Part shown: positions 1-15,000 of the stretch, in pieces
Position numbering within the stretch: position 1 is the stretch's first letter
How the letters are laid out: the number at the start of each line of letters is the position of its first letter
From: Nemertoderma westbladi
Taxonomy: Eukaryota; Animalia; Xenacoelomorpha
DNA length: 64,000 nucleotides
NCBI GenBank assembly: GCA_032718475.1
Contig: JAUCBJ010004184.1
Location: forward strand, 31,044-95,043
Direction of reading: 5' to 3'
The notes under the pieces: generated by a model
Seen by the model: the letters and a program-made list of their open reading frames with translations, nothing else
The model's database searches: none
What the model was told of the DNA's origin: nothing
Translations under genes and position numbers: made by a program

Positions 1-3000
1 CTTCATCTCTTCCATCCTTGCATTATTTCTCTCTTCCATGCTTCATCTCTTCAATCCTTGCATTATTTCTCTCTTCCATGCTTCATCTCTTCCATCCTTA
101 CATTATTTCTATCTTCCATACTTCCACTATCCATCCTTGCATTACTTATCTCTTTCATGCTTCATCTCTTCCATCCTTGCATTATTTCTCTCTTCCATGC
201 TTCATCTCTTCCATCCTTGCATTATTTCTCTCTTCCATGCTTCATCTCTTCAATCCTTGCATTATTTCTCTCTTCCATGCTTCATCTCTTCCATCCTTGC
301 ATTATTTCTCTCTTCCATGCTTCATCTCTTCCATCCTTGCATTATTTCTCTCTTCCATGCTTCATCTCTTCAATCCTTGCATTATTTATCTCTTCCATGC
401 TTCATCTCTTCCATCCTTGCATTATTTCTCTCTTCCATGCTTCATCTCTTCAATCCTTGCATTATTTCTCTCTTCCATCCTTCATCTCTTCAATCCTTGC
501 ATTATTTCTCTCTTACATGCTTCATCTCTTCCATCCTTGCATTATTTCTCTCTTCCATGCTTCCACTCTTCAATCATTGCATTATTTCTCTCTTCCATGC
601 TTCATCTCTTCAATCCTTGCATTATTTCTCTCTTCCATGCTTCCACTCTTCAATCATTGCATTATTTATCTCTTCCATGCTTCATCTCTTCCATCCTTGC
701 ATTATTTCTCTCTTCCATGCTTCATCTCTTCAATCCTTGCATTATTTCTCTCTTCCATGCTTCCACTCTTCAATCATTGCATTATTTATCTCTTCCATGC
801 TTCCACTCTTCAATCATTGCATTATTTATCTCTTCCATGCTTCCACTCTTCAATCATTGCATTATTTATCTCTTCCATGCTTCATCTCTTCCATCCTTGC
901 ATTATTTCTCTCTTCCATGCTTCATCTCTTCAATCCTTGCATTATTTCTCTCTTCCATGCTTCCACTCTTCCATCCTTGCATTATTTCTCTCTTCCATGC
1001 TTCCACTCTTCAATCCTTGCATTATTTCTCTCTTCCATGCTTCATCTCTTCCATCCTTGCATTATTTCTCTCTTCCATGCTTCATCTCTTCAATCCTTGC
1101 ATTATTTATCTCTTCCATGCTTCATCTCTTCAATCCTTGCATTATTTCTCGCTTCCATGCTTCATCTCTTCAATCCTTGCATTATTTCTCTCTTCCATGC
1201 TTCATCTCTTCAATCCTTGCATTATTTCTCTCTTCCATGCTTCATCTCTTCAATCCTTGCATTATTTCTCTCTTCCATGCTTCATCTCTTCAATCCTTGC
1301 ATTATTTATCTCTTCCATGCATCATCTCTTCAATCATTGCATTATTTCTCTCTTCCATGCTTCCACTCTTCAATCATTGCATTATTTCTCTCTTCCATGC
1401 TTCATCTCTTCAATCCTTGCATTATTTCTCTCTTCCATGCTTCCACTCTTCAATCATTGCATTATTTCTCTCTTCCATGCTTCCACTCTTCAATCATTGC
1501 ATTATTTCTCTCTTCCATCCTTCCACTCTTCAATCATTGCATTATTTCTCTCTTCCATGCTTCCACTCTTCAATCATTGCATTATTTCTCTCTTCCATGC
1601 TTCCACTCTTCAATCATTGCATTATTTCTCTCTTCCATGCTTCATCTCTTCAATCATTGCATTATTTCTCTCTTCCATGCTTCCACTCTTCAATCATTGC
1701 ATTATTTCTCTCTTCCATGCTTCCACTCTTCAATCATTGCATTATTTCTCTCTTCCATGCTTCCACTCTTCAATCATTGCATTATTTCTCTCTTCCATGC
1801 TTCCACTCTTCAATCATTGCATTATTTCTCTCTTCCATGCTTCATCTCTTCCATCCTTGCATTATTTCTCTCTTCCATGCTTCATCTCTCCAATCCTTGC
1901 ATTATTTCTCTCTTCCATGCTTCATCTCTTCAATCCTTGCATTATTTCTCTCTTCCATGCTTCATCTCTTCCATCCTTTCATTATTTCTCTCTTCCATGC
2001 TTCATCTCTCCAATCCTTGCATTATTTCTCTCTTCCATGCTTCATCTCTTCAATCCTTGCATTATTTCTCTCTTCCATGCTTCATCTCTTCCATCCTTGC
2101 ATTATTTCTCTCTTCCATGCTTCATCTCTTCCATCCTTTCATTATTTCTCTCTTCCATGCTTCATCTCTTCAATCATTGCATTATTTCTCTCTTCCATGC
2201 TTCATCTCTTCAATCCTTGCATTATTTCTCTCTTCCATGCTTCCACTCTTCAATCATTGCATTATTTCTCTCTTCCATGCTTCCACTCTTCAATCATTGC
2301 ATTATTTCTCTCTTCCATGCTTCATCTCTTCAATCCTTGCATTATTTCTCTCTTCCATGCTTCCACTCTTCAATCATTGCATTATTTCTCTCTTCCATGC
2401 TTCCACTCTTCAATCATTGCATTATTTCTCTCTTCCATGCTTCCACTCTTCAATCATTGCATTATTTCTCTCTTCCATGCTTCATCTCTTCAATCCTTGC
2501 ATTATTTCTCTCTTCCATGCTTCCACTCTTCAATCATTGCATTATTTCTCTCTTCCATGCTTCCACTCTTCAATCATTGCATTATTTCTCTCTTCCATGC
2601 TTCCACTCTTCAATCATTGCATTATTTCTCTCTTCCATGCTTAATCTCGTCCATCCTTGCATTATTTCTCTCTTCCATGCTTAATCTCTGCCATCCTTGC
2701 ATTATTTCTCTCTTCCATGCTTCATCTCTTCAATCCTTGCATTATTTCTCTCTTCCATGCTTCCACTCTTCAATCATTGCATTATTTCTCTCTTCCATCC
2801 TTCCACTCTTCAATCCTTGCATTATTTCTCTCTTCCATGCTTCCACTCTTCAATCCTTGCATTATTTCTCTCTTCCATGCTTCCACTCTTCAATCATTGC
2901 ATTATTTCTCTCTTCCATGCTTCCACTCTTCAATCATTGCATTATTTCTCTCTTCCATGCTTCCACTCTTCAATCATTGCATTATTTCTCTCTTCCATCC

Positions 3001-6000
3001 TTCCACTCTTCAATCCTTGCATTATTTCTCTCTTCCATCCTTCCACTCTTCAATCCTTGCATTATTTCTCTCTTCCATGCTTCATCTCTTCAATCCTTGC
3101 ATTATTTCTCTCTTCCATGCTTCCACTCTTCAATCATTGCATTATTTCTCTCTTCCATGCTTAATCTCTGCCATCCTTGCATTATTTCTCTCTTCCATGC
3201 TTCCACTCTTCAATCATTGCATTATTTCTCTCTTCCATGCTTCCACTCTTCAATCATTGCATTATTTCTCTCTTCCATGCTTCATCTCTTCCATCCTTGC
3301 ATTATTTCTCTCTTCCATGCTTCATCTCTTCAATCCTTGCATTATTTCTCTCTTACATGCTTCATCTCTTCAATCCTTGCATTATTTCTCTCTTCCATGC
3401 TTCCACTCTTCAATCATTGCATTATTTCTCTCTTCCATGCTTCATCTCTTCCATCCTTGCATTATTTCTCTCTTCCATGCTTCATCTCTTCAATCCTTGC
3501 ATTATTTCTCTCTTACATGCTTCATCTCTTCAATCCTTGCATTATTTCTCTCTTACATGCTTCATCTCTTCCATCCTTGCATTATTTCTCTCTCCCATGC
3601 TTCCACTCTTCAATCATTGCATTATTTCTCTCTTCCATGCTTCCACTCTTCAATCCTTGCATTATTTCTCTCTTCCATGCTTCATCTCTTCCATCCTTGC
3701 ATTATTTCTCTCTTCCATGCTTCATCTCTTCAATCCTTGCATTATTTCTCTCTCCCGTGCTTCCACTCTTCAATCATTGCATTATTTCTCTCTTCCATGC
3801 TTCCACTCTTCAATCATTGCATTATTTCTCTCTTCCATGCTTCATCTCTTCAATCCTTGCATTATTTCTCTCTTCCATGCTTCATCTCTTCAATCCTTGC
3901 ATTATTTCTCTCTTCCATGCTTCCACTCTTCAATCATTGCATTATTTCTCTCTTCCATGCTTCATCTCTTCCATCCTTGCATTATTTCTCTCTTCCATGC
4001 TTCCACTCTTCAATCATTGCATTATTTCTCTCTTCCATGCTTCCACTCTTCAATCATTGCATTATTTCTCTCTTCCATGCTTCCACTCTTCAATCATTGC
4101 ATTATTTCTCTCTTCCATGCTTCCACTCTTCAATCATTGCATTATTTCTCTCTTCCATGCTTCCACTCTTCAATCATTGCATTATTTCTCTCTTCCATGC
4201 TTCCACTCTTCCATCCTTGCATTATTTCTCTCTTCCATGCTTCCACTCTTCAATCATTGCATTATTTCTCTCTTCCATGCTTCCACTCTTCAATCATTGC
4301 ATTATTTCTCTCTTCCATGCTTCATCTCTTCCATCCTTGCATTATTTCTCTCTTCCATGCTTCATCTCTTCAATCCTTGCATTATTTCTCTCTTCCATGC
4401 TTCATCTCTTCAATCCTTGCATTATTTCTCTCTTCCATGCTTCCACTCTTCAATCATTGCATTATTTCTCTCTTCCATGCTTCCACTCTTCCATCCTTGC
4501 ATTATTTCTCTCTTCCATGCTTCATCTCTTCAATCCTTGCATTATTTCTCTCTTCCATGCTTCCACTCTTCAATCATTGCATTATTTCTCTCTTCCATGC
4601 TTCCACTCTTCCATCCTTGCATTATTTCTCTCTTCCATGCTTCCACTCTTCAATCATTGCATTATTTCTCTCTTCCATGCTTCCACTCTTCAATCATTGC
4701 ATTATTTCTCTCTTCCATGCTTCATCTCTTCCATCCTTGCATTATTTCTCTCTTCCATGCTTCATCTCTTCAATCCTTGCATTATTTCTCTCTTCCATGC
4801 TTCATCTCTTCAATCCTTGCATTATTTCTCTCTTCCATGCTTCCACTCTTCAATCATTGCATTATTTCTCTCTTCCATGCTTCATCTCTTCCATCCTTGC
4901 ATTATTTCTCTCTTCCATGCTTCATCTCTTCAATCCTTGCATTATTTCTCTCTTCCATGCTTCCACTCTTCAATCATTGCATTATTTCTCTCTTCCATGC
5001 TTCATCTCTTCAATCCTTGCATTATTTCTCTCTTCCATGCTTCCACTCTTCAATCATTGCATTATTTCTCTCTTCCATGCTTCATCTCTTCCATCCTTGC
5101 ATTATTTCTCTCTTCCATGCTTCCACTCTTCAATCATTGCATTATTTCTCTCTCCCGTGCTTCCACTCTTCAATCCTTGCATTATTTCTCTCTTCCATGC
5201 TTCATCTCTTCAATCATTGCATTATTTCTCTCTTCCATGCTTCCACTCTTCAATCATTGCATTATTTCTCTCTTCCATGCTTCCACTCTTCAATCATTGC
5301 ATTATTTCTCTCTTCCATGCTTCCACTCTTCAATCCTTGCATTATTTCTCTCTTCCATGCTTAATCTCTGCCATCCTTGCATTATTTCTCGCTTCCATGC
5401 TTCATCTCTTCAATCCTTGCATTATTTCTCTCTTCCATGCTTCATCTCTTCAATCCTTGCATTATTTCTCTCTTCCATGCTTCATCTCTTCAATCCTTGC
5501 ATTATTTCTCTCTTCCATGCTTCATCTCTTCAATCCTTGCATTATTTCTCTCTTCCATGCTTCCACTCTTCAATCATTGCATTATTTCTCTCTTCCATGC
5601 TTCATCTCTTCAATCCTTGCATTATTTCTCTCTTCCATGCTTCATCTCTTCAATCATTGCATTATTTCTCTCTTCCATGCTTCCACTCTTCAATCATTGC
5701 ATTATTTCTCTCTTCCATGCTTAATCTCTGCCATCCTTGCATTATTTCTCGCTTCCATGCTTCATCTCTTCAATCCTTGCATTATTTCTCTCTTCCATGC
5801 TTCATCTCTTCAATCCTTGCATTATTTCTCTCTTCCATGCTTCATCTCTTCAATCCTTGCATTATTTCTCTCTTCCATGCTTCATCTCTTCAATCCTTGC
5901 ATTATTTCTCTCTTCCATGCTTCATCTCTTCAATCCTTGCATTATTTCTCTCTTCCATGCTTCCACTCTTCAATCATTGCATTATTTATCTCTTCCATGC

Positions 6001-9000
6001 TTCATCTCTTCAATCCTTGCATTATTTCTCTCTTCCATGCTTCATCTCTTCCATCCTTGCATTATTTCTCTCTTCCATGCTTCATCTCTTCAATCCTTGC
6101 ATTATTTCTCTCTTCCATGCTTCATCTCTTCAATCCTTGCATTATTTCTCTCTTCCATGCTTCATCTCTTCCATCCTTGCATTATTTCTCTCTTCCATGC
6201 TTCATCTCTTCAATCCTTGCATTATTTCTCTCTTCCATGCTTCATCTCTTCAATCCTTGCATTATTTCTCTCTCCCGTGCTTCCACTCTTCAATCATTGC
6301 ATTATTTATCTCTTCCATGCTTCCACTCTTCAATCATTGCATTATTTCTCTCTTCCATCCTTCCACTCTTCAATCCTTGCATTATTTCTCTCTTCCATGC
6401 TTCATCTCTTCAATCCTTGCATTATTTCTCTCTTCCATGCTTCATCTCTTCAATCCTTGCATTATTTCTCTCTTCCATGCTTCATCTCTTCCATCCTTGC
6501 ATTATTTCTCTCTTCCATGCTTCATCTCTTCAATCCTTGCATTATTTCTCTCTTCCATGCTTCATCTCTTCCATCCTTGCATTATTTCTCTCTTCCATGC
6601 TTCATCTCTTCAATCCTTGCATTATTTCTCTCTTCCATGCTTCATCTCTTCCATCCTTGCATTATTTCTCTCTTCCATGCTTCATCTCTTCAATCCTTGC
6701 ATTATTTCTCTCTTCCATGCTTCATCTCTTCCATCCTTGCATTATTTCTCTCTTCCATGCTTCATCTCTTCAATCCTTGCATTATTTATCTCTTCCATGC
6801 TTCATCTCTTCAATCATTGCATTATTTATCTCTTCCATGCTTCCACTCTTCAATCATTGCATTATTTCTCTCTTCCATCCTTCCACTCTTCAATCATTGC
6901 ATTATTTCTCTCTTCCATGCTTCATCTCTTCAATCCTTGCATTATTTCTCTCTCCCGTGCTTCCACTCTTCAATCATTGCATTATTTCTCTCTTCCATGC
7001 TTCCACTCTTCAATCATTGCATTATTTCTCTCTCCCGTGCTTCCACTCTTCAATCCTTGCATTATTTCTCTCTTCCATGCTTCCACTCTTCAATCATTGC
7101 ATTATTTCTCTCTCCCGTGCTTCCACTCTTCAATCCTTGCATTATTTCTCTCTTCCATGCTTCCACTCTTCAATCATTGCATTATTTCTCTCTCCCGTGC
7201 TTCCACTCTTCCATCCTTGCATTATTTCTCTCTTCCATGCTTCATCTCTTCAATCCTTGCATTATTTCTCTCTTCCATGCTTCCACTCTTCAATCATTGC
7301 ATTATTTCTCTCTCCCGTGCTTCCACTCTTCCATCCTTGCATTATTTCTCTCTTCCATGCTTCCACTCTTCAATCCTTGCATTATTTCTCTCTTCCATGC
7401 TTCATCTCTTCAATCCTTGCATTATTTCTCTCTTCCATGCTTCCACTCTTCCATCCTTGCATTATTTCTCTCTTCCATGCTTCATCTCTTCCATCCTTGC
7501 ATTATTTCTCTCTTCCATGCTTCATCTCTTCAATCCTTGCATTATTTCTCTCTTCCATGCTTCCACTCTTCAATCATTGCATTATTTATCTCTTCCATGC
7601 TTCCACTCTTCAATCATTGCATTATTTCTCTCTTCCATGCTTCCACTCTTCCATCCTTGCATTATTTCTCTCTTCCATGCTTCATCTCTTCCATCCTTGC
7701 ATTTTTTCTCTCTTCCATGCTTCATCTCTTCAATCCTTGCATTATTTCTCTCTTCCATGCTTCCACTCTTCAATCATTGCATTATTTCTCTCTTCCATCC
7801 TTCCACTCTTCAATCATTGCATTATTTCTCTCTTCCATGCTTCTACTCTTCCATCCTTGCATTATTTCTCTCTTCCATGCTTCATCTCTTCAATCCTTGC
7901 ATTATTTCTCTCTCCCGTGCTTCCACTCTTCAATCATTGCATTATTTCTCTCTTCCATGCTTCCACTCTTCAATCATTGCATTATTTCTCTCTCCCGTGC
8001 TTCCACTCTTCCATCCTTGCATTATTTCTCTCTTCCATGCTTCCACTCTTCAATCCTTGCATTATTTCTCTCTTCCATGCTTCATCTCTTCAATCCTTGC
8101 ATTATTTCTCTCTTCCATGCTTCCACTCTTCCATCCTTGCATTATTTCTCTCTTCCATGCTTCATCTCTTCCATCCTTGCATTATTTCTCTCTTCCATGC
8201 TTCATCTCTTCAATCCTTGCATTATTTCTCTCTTCCATGCTTCCACTCTTCAATCATTGCATTATTTATCTCTTCCATGCTTCCACTCTTCAATCATTGC
8301 ATTATTTCTCTCTTCCATGCTTCCACTCTTCCATCCTTGCATTATTTCTCTCTTCCATGCTTCATCTCTTCCATCCTTGCATTTTTTCTCTCTTCCATGC
8401 TTCATCTCTTCAATCCTTGCATTATTTCTCTCTTCCATGCTTCCACTCTTCAATCATTGCATTATTTCTCTCTTCCATCCTTCCACTCTTCAATCATTGC
8501 ATTATTTCTCTCTTCCATGCTTCTACTCTTCCATCCTTGCATTATTTCTCTCTTCCATGCTTCATCTCTTCAATCCTTGCATTATTTCTCTCTTCCATGC
8601 TTCATCTCTTCCATCCTTGCATTATTTCTCTCTTCCATCCTTCCACTCTTCAATCATTGCATTATTTCTCTCTTCCATCCTTCCACTCTTCAATCATTGC
8701 ATTATTTCTCTCTTCCATGCTTCATCTCTTCAATCATTGCATTATTTCTCTCTTCCATGCTTCCACTCTTCAATCATTGCATTATTTCTCTCTTCCATGC
8801 TTCATCTCTTCAATCCTTGCATTATTTCTCTCTTCCATGCTTCATCTCTTCAATCCTTGCATTATTTCTCTCTTCCATGCTTCCACTCTTCAATCATTGC
8901 ATTATTTATCTCTTCCATGCTTCCACTCTTCAATCATTGCATTATTTCTCTCTTCCATGCTTCCACTCTTCAATCATTGCATTATTTATCTCTTCCATGC

Positions 9001-12000
9001 TTCCACTCTTCAATCATTGCATTATTTCTCTCTTCCATGCTTCCACTCTTCAATCATTGCATTATTTATCTCTTCCATGCTTCCACTCTTCAATCATTGC
9101 ATTATTTATCTCTTCCATGCTTCCACTCTTCAATCATTGCATTATTTCTCTCTTCCATGCTTCCACTCTTCAATCATTGCATTATTTATCTCTTCCATGC
9201 TTCCACTCTTCAATCCTTGCATTATTTCTCTCTTCCATGCTTCCACTCTTCAATCATTGCATTATTTATCTCTTCCATGCTTCCACTCTTCAATCATTGC
9301 ATTATTTATCTCTTCCATGCTTCATCTCTTCAATCCTTGCATTATTTCTCTCTTCCATGCTTCCACTCTTCAATCATTGCATTATTTATCTCTTCCATGC
9401 TTCCACTCTTCAATCATTGCATTATTTCTCTCTTCCATCCTTCCACTCTTCAATCATTGCATTATTTCTCTCTTCCATGCTTCATCTCTTCAATCCTTGC
9501 ATTATTTCTCTCTTCCATGCTTCATCTCTTCAATCCTTGCATTATTTCTCTCTTCCATGCTTCATCTCTTCCATCCTTGCATTATTTCTCTCTTCCATGC
9601 TTCATCTCTTCAATCCTTGCATTATTTCTCTCTTCCATGCTTCCACTCTTCAATCATTGCATTATTTATCTCTTCCATGCTTCATCTCTTCCATCCTTGC
9701 ATTATTTATCTCTTCCATGCTTCATCTCTTCCATCCTTGCATTATTTCTCTCTTCCATGCTTCATCTCTTCAATCCTTGCATTATTTCTCTCTTCCATGC
9801 TTCATCTCTTCAATCCTTGCATTATTTCTCTCTTCCATGCTTCATCTCTTCCATCCTTGCATTATTTCTCTCTTCCATGCTTCATCTCTTCAATCCTTGC
9901 ATTATTTCTCTCTTCCATGCTTCCACTCTTCAATCATTGCATTATTTATCTCTTCCATGCTTCATCTCTTCCATCCTTGCATTATTTCTCTCTTCCATGC
10001 TTCATCTCTTCCATCCTTGCATTATTTCTCTCTTCCATGCTTCATCTCTTCAATCCTTGCATTATTTCTCTCTTCCATGCTTCCACTCTTCAATCATTGC
10101 ATTATTTATCTCTTCCATGCTTCATCTCTTCCATCCTTGCATTATTTATCTCTTCCATGCTTCATCTCTTCCATCCTTGCATTATTTCTCTCTTCCATGC
10201 TTCATCTCTTCAATCCTTGCATTATTTCTCTCTTCCATGCTTCATCTCTTCAATCCTTGCATTATTTCTCTCTTCCATGCTTCATCTCTTCCATCCTTGC
10301 ATTATTTCTCTCTTCCATGCTTCATCTCTTCAATCCTTGCATTATTTCTCTCTTCCATGCTTCCACTCTTCAATCATTGCATTATTTATCTCTTCCATGC
10401 TTCATCTCTTCCATCCTTGCATTATTTCTCTCTTCCATGCTTCATCTCTTCCATCCTTGCATTATTTCTCTCTTCCATGCTTCATCTCTTCAATCCTTGC
10501 ATTATTTCTCTCTTCCATGCTTCCACTCTTCAATCATTGCATTATTTATCTCTTCCATGCTTCATCTCTTCCATCCTTGCATTATTTCTCTCTTCCATGC
10601 TTCATCTCTTCCATCCTTGCATTATTTCTCTCTTCCATGCTTCATCTCTTCAATCCTTGCATTATTTCTCTCTTCCATGCTTCCACTCTTCAATCATTGC
10701 ATTATTTCTCTCTTCCATGCTTCATCTCTTCCATCCTTGCATTATTTCTCTCTTCCATGCTTCATCTCTTCCATCCTTGCATTATTTCTCTCTTCCATGC
10801 TTCATCTCTTCAATCCTTGCATTATTTCTCTCTTCCATGCTTCCACTCTTCAATCATTGCATTATTTCTCTCTTCCATGCTTCCACTCTTCAATCATTGC
10901 ATTATTTCTCTCTCCCGTGCTTCCACTCTTCAATCCTTGCATTATTTCTCTCTTCCATGCTTCATCTCTTCAATCATTGCATTATTTCTCTCTTCCATGC
11001 TTCCACTCTTCAATCATTGCATTATTTCTCTCTTCCATGCTTCATCTCTTCAATCCTTGCATTATTTCTCTCTTACATGCTTCATCTCTTCAATCCTTGC
11101 ATTATTTCTCTCTTCCATCCTTCCACTCTTCAATCATTGCATTATTTCTCTCTTCCATGCTTCATCTCTTCAATCCTTGCATTATTTCTCTCTTCCATGC
11201 TTCCACTCTTCAATCATTGCATTATTTCTCTCTTCCATGCTTCCACTCTTCAATCATTGCATTATTTCTCTCTCCCGTGCTTCCACTCTTCAATCCTTGC
11301 ATTATTTCTCTCTTCCATGCTTCATCTCTTCAATCATTGCATTATTTCTCTCTTCCATGCTTCCACTCTTCAATCATTGCATTATTTCTCTCTTCCATGC
11401 TTCATCTCTTCAATCCTTGCATTATTTCTCTCTTCCATGCTTCATCTCTTCAATCCTTGCATTATTTCTCTCTTCCATGCTTCATCTCTTCCATCCTTGC
11501 ATTATTTCTCTCTCCCGTGCTTCCACTCTTCAATCCTTGCATTATTTCTCTCTTCCATGCTTCATCTCTTCAATCCTTGTATTATTTCTCTCTTCCATGC
11601 TTCATCTCTTCAATCCTTGCATTATTTCTCTCTCCCGTGCTTCCACTCTTCAATCCTTGCATTATTTCTCTCTTCCATGCTTCATCTCTTCAATCCTTGT
11701 ATTATTTCTCTCTTCCATGCTTCATCTCTTCAATCATTGCATTATTTCTCTCTTCCATGCTTCCACTCTTCAATCATTGCATTATTTCTCTCTTCCATGC
11801 TTCATCTCTTCAATCCTTGCATTATTTCTCTCTTACATGCTTCATCTCTTCAATCATTGCATTATTTCTCTCTTCCATGCTTCCACTCTTCAATCATTGC
11901 ATTATTTCTCTCTCCCGTGCTTCCACTCTTCAATCCTTGCATTATTTCTCTCTTCCATGCTTCATCTCTTCAATCATTGCATTATTTCTCTCTTCCATGC

Positions 12001-15000
12001 TTCCACTCTTCAATCATTGCATTATTTCTCTCTTACATGCTTCATCTCTTCAATCCTTGCATTATTTCTCTCTTACATGCTTCCACTCTTCAATCATTGC
12101 ATTATTTCTCTCTTCCATGCTTCCACTCTTCAATCCTTGCATTATTTCTCTCTTCCATGCTTCATCTCTTCAATCATTGCATTATTTCTCTCTTCCATGC
12201 TTCCACTCTTCAATCATTGCATTATTTCTCGCTTCCATGCTTCATCTCTTCAATCCTTGCATTATTTCTCTCTTACATGCTTCATCTCTTCAATCCTTGC
12301 ATTATTTCTCTCTTCCATGCTTCCACTCTTCAATCATTGCATTATTTATCTCTTCCATGCTTCATCTCTTCAATCCTTGCATTATTTCTCTCTTCCATGC
12401 TTCATCTCTTCAATCCTTGCATTATTTCTCTCTTCCATGCTTCATCTCTTCAATCCTTGCATTATTTCTCTCTTCCATGCTTCCACTCTTCAATCATTGC
12501 ATTATTTCTCTCTTCCATGCTTCCACTCTTCAATCATTGCATTATTTCTCTCTTCCATGCTTCATCTCTTCAATCCTTGCATTATTTCTCTCTCCCGTGC
12601 TTCCACTCTTCAATCATTGCATTATTTCTCTCTTCCATGCTTCCACTCTTCAATCATTGCATTATTTCTCTCTCCCGTGCTTCATCTCTTCCATCCTTGC
12701 ATTATTTCTCTCTTCCATGCTTCCACTCTTCAATCCTTGCATTATTTCTCTCTTCCATGCTTCCACTCTTCAATCATTGCATTATTTCTCTCTTCCATGC
12801 TTCCACTCTTCAATCATTGCATTATTTCTCTCTTCCATGCTTCCACTCTTCAATCATTGCATTATTTCTCTCTTCCATGCTTCCACTCTTCAATCATTGC
12901 ATTATTTCTCTCTTCCATGCTTCCACTCTTCAATCATTGCATTATTTCTCTCTTCCATGCTTCCACTCTTCAATCATTGCATTATTTCTCTCTTCCATGC
13001 ATCATCTCTTCCATCCTTGCATTATTTCTCTCTTCCATGCTTCCACTCTTCAATCCTTGCATTATTTCTCTCTTCCATGCTTCATCTCTTCCATCCTTGC
13101 ATTATTTCTCTCTTCCATGCTTCCACTCTTCAATCATTGCATTATTTCTCTCTTCCATGCTTCCACTCTTCAATCATTGCATTATTTCTCTCTTCCATGC
13201 TTCATCTCTTCCATCCTTGCATTATTTCTCTCTTCCATGCTTCCACTCTTCAATCATTGCATTATTTCTCTCTTCCATGCTTCCACTCTTCAATCATTGC
13301 ATTATTTCTCTCTTCCATGCTTCCACTCTTCAATCATTGCATTATTTCTCTCTTCCATGCTTCATCTCTTCCATCCTTGCATTATTTCTCTCTTCCATGC
13401 TTCATCTCTTCCATCCTTGCATTATTTCTCTCTTCCATGCTTCATCTCTTCAATCCTTGCATTATTTCTCTCTCCCGTGCTTCCACTCTTCAATCATTGC
13501 ATTATTTCTCTCTTCCATGCTTCCACTCTTCAATCATTGCATTATTTCTCTCTTCCATGCTTCCACTCTTCAATCATTGCATTATTTCTCTCTTCCATGC
13601 TTCCACTCTTCAATCATTGCATTATTTCTCTCTTCCATGCATCATCTCTTCCATCCTTGCATTATTTCTCTCTTCCATGCTTCCACTCTTCAATCCTTGC
13701 ATTATTTCTCTCTTCCATGCTTCCACTCTTCAATCATTGCATTATTTCTCTCTTCCATGCTTCCACTCTTCAATCATTGCATTATTTCTCTCTTCCATGC
13801 TTCCACTCTTCAATCATTGCATTATTTCTCTCTTCCATGCTTCATCTCTTCCATCCTTGCATTATTTCTCTCTTCCATGCTTCATCTCTTCCATCCTTGC
13901 ATTATTTCTCTCTTCCATGCTTCATCTCTTCAATCCTTGCATTATTTCTCTCTCCCGTGCTTCCACTCTTCAATCATTGCATTATTTCTCTCTTCCATGC
14001 TTCCACTCTTCAATCATTGCATTATTTCTCTCTTCCATGCTTCCACTCTTCAATCATTGCATTATTTCTCTCTTCCATGCTTCCACTCTTCAATCATTGC
14101 ATTATTTCTCTCTTCCATGCATCATCTCTTCCATCCTTGCATTATTTCTCTCTTCCATGCTTCATCTCTTCAATCCTTGCATTATTTCTCTCTCCCGTGC
14201 TTCCACTCTTCAATCATTGCATTATTTCTCTCTTCCATGCTTCCACTCTTCAATCATTGCATTATTTCTCTCTTCCATGCTTCCACTCTTCAATCATTGC
14301 ATTATTTCTCTCTTCCATGCTTCCACTCTTCAATCATTGCATTATTTCTCTCTTCCATGCTTCCACTCTTCAATCATTGCATTATTTCTCTCTTCCATGC
14401 TTCCACTCTTCAATCATTGCATTATTTCTCTCTTCCATGCTTCATCTCTTCAATCCTTGCATTATTTCTCTCTTCCATGCTTCATCTCTTCCATCCTTGC
14501 ATTATTTCTCTCTTCCATGCTTCATCTCTTCAATCCTTGCATTATTTCTCTCTTCCATGCTTCCACTCTTCAATCATTGCATTATTTATCTCTTCCATGC
14601 TTCATCTCTTCCATCCTTGCATTATTTATCTCTTCCATGCTTCATCTCTTCCATCCTTGCATTATTTCTCTCTTCCATGCTTCATCTCTTCAATCCTTGC
14701 ATTATTTCTCTCTTCCATGCTTCATCTCTTCAATCCTTGCATTATTTCTCTCTTCCATGCTTCATCTCTTCCATCCTTGCATTATTTCTCTCTTCCATGC
14801 TTCATCTCTTCAATCCTTGCATTATTTCTCTCTTCCATGCTTCCACTCTTCAATCATTGCATTATTTATCTCTTCCATGCTTCATCTCTTCCATCCTTGC
14901 ATTATTTCTCTCTTCCATGCTTCATCTCTTCCATCCTTGCATTATTTCTCTCTTCCATGCTTCATCTCTTCAATCCTTGCATTATTTCTCTCTTCCATGC

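Noticed and set aside
7582-8453. Two identical 63-aa minus-strand ORFs
   Set aside because: Produced by a single ATTATT to ATTTTT variant that removes a stop, copied in the 680-bp block duplication.
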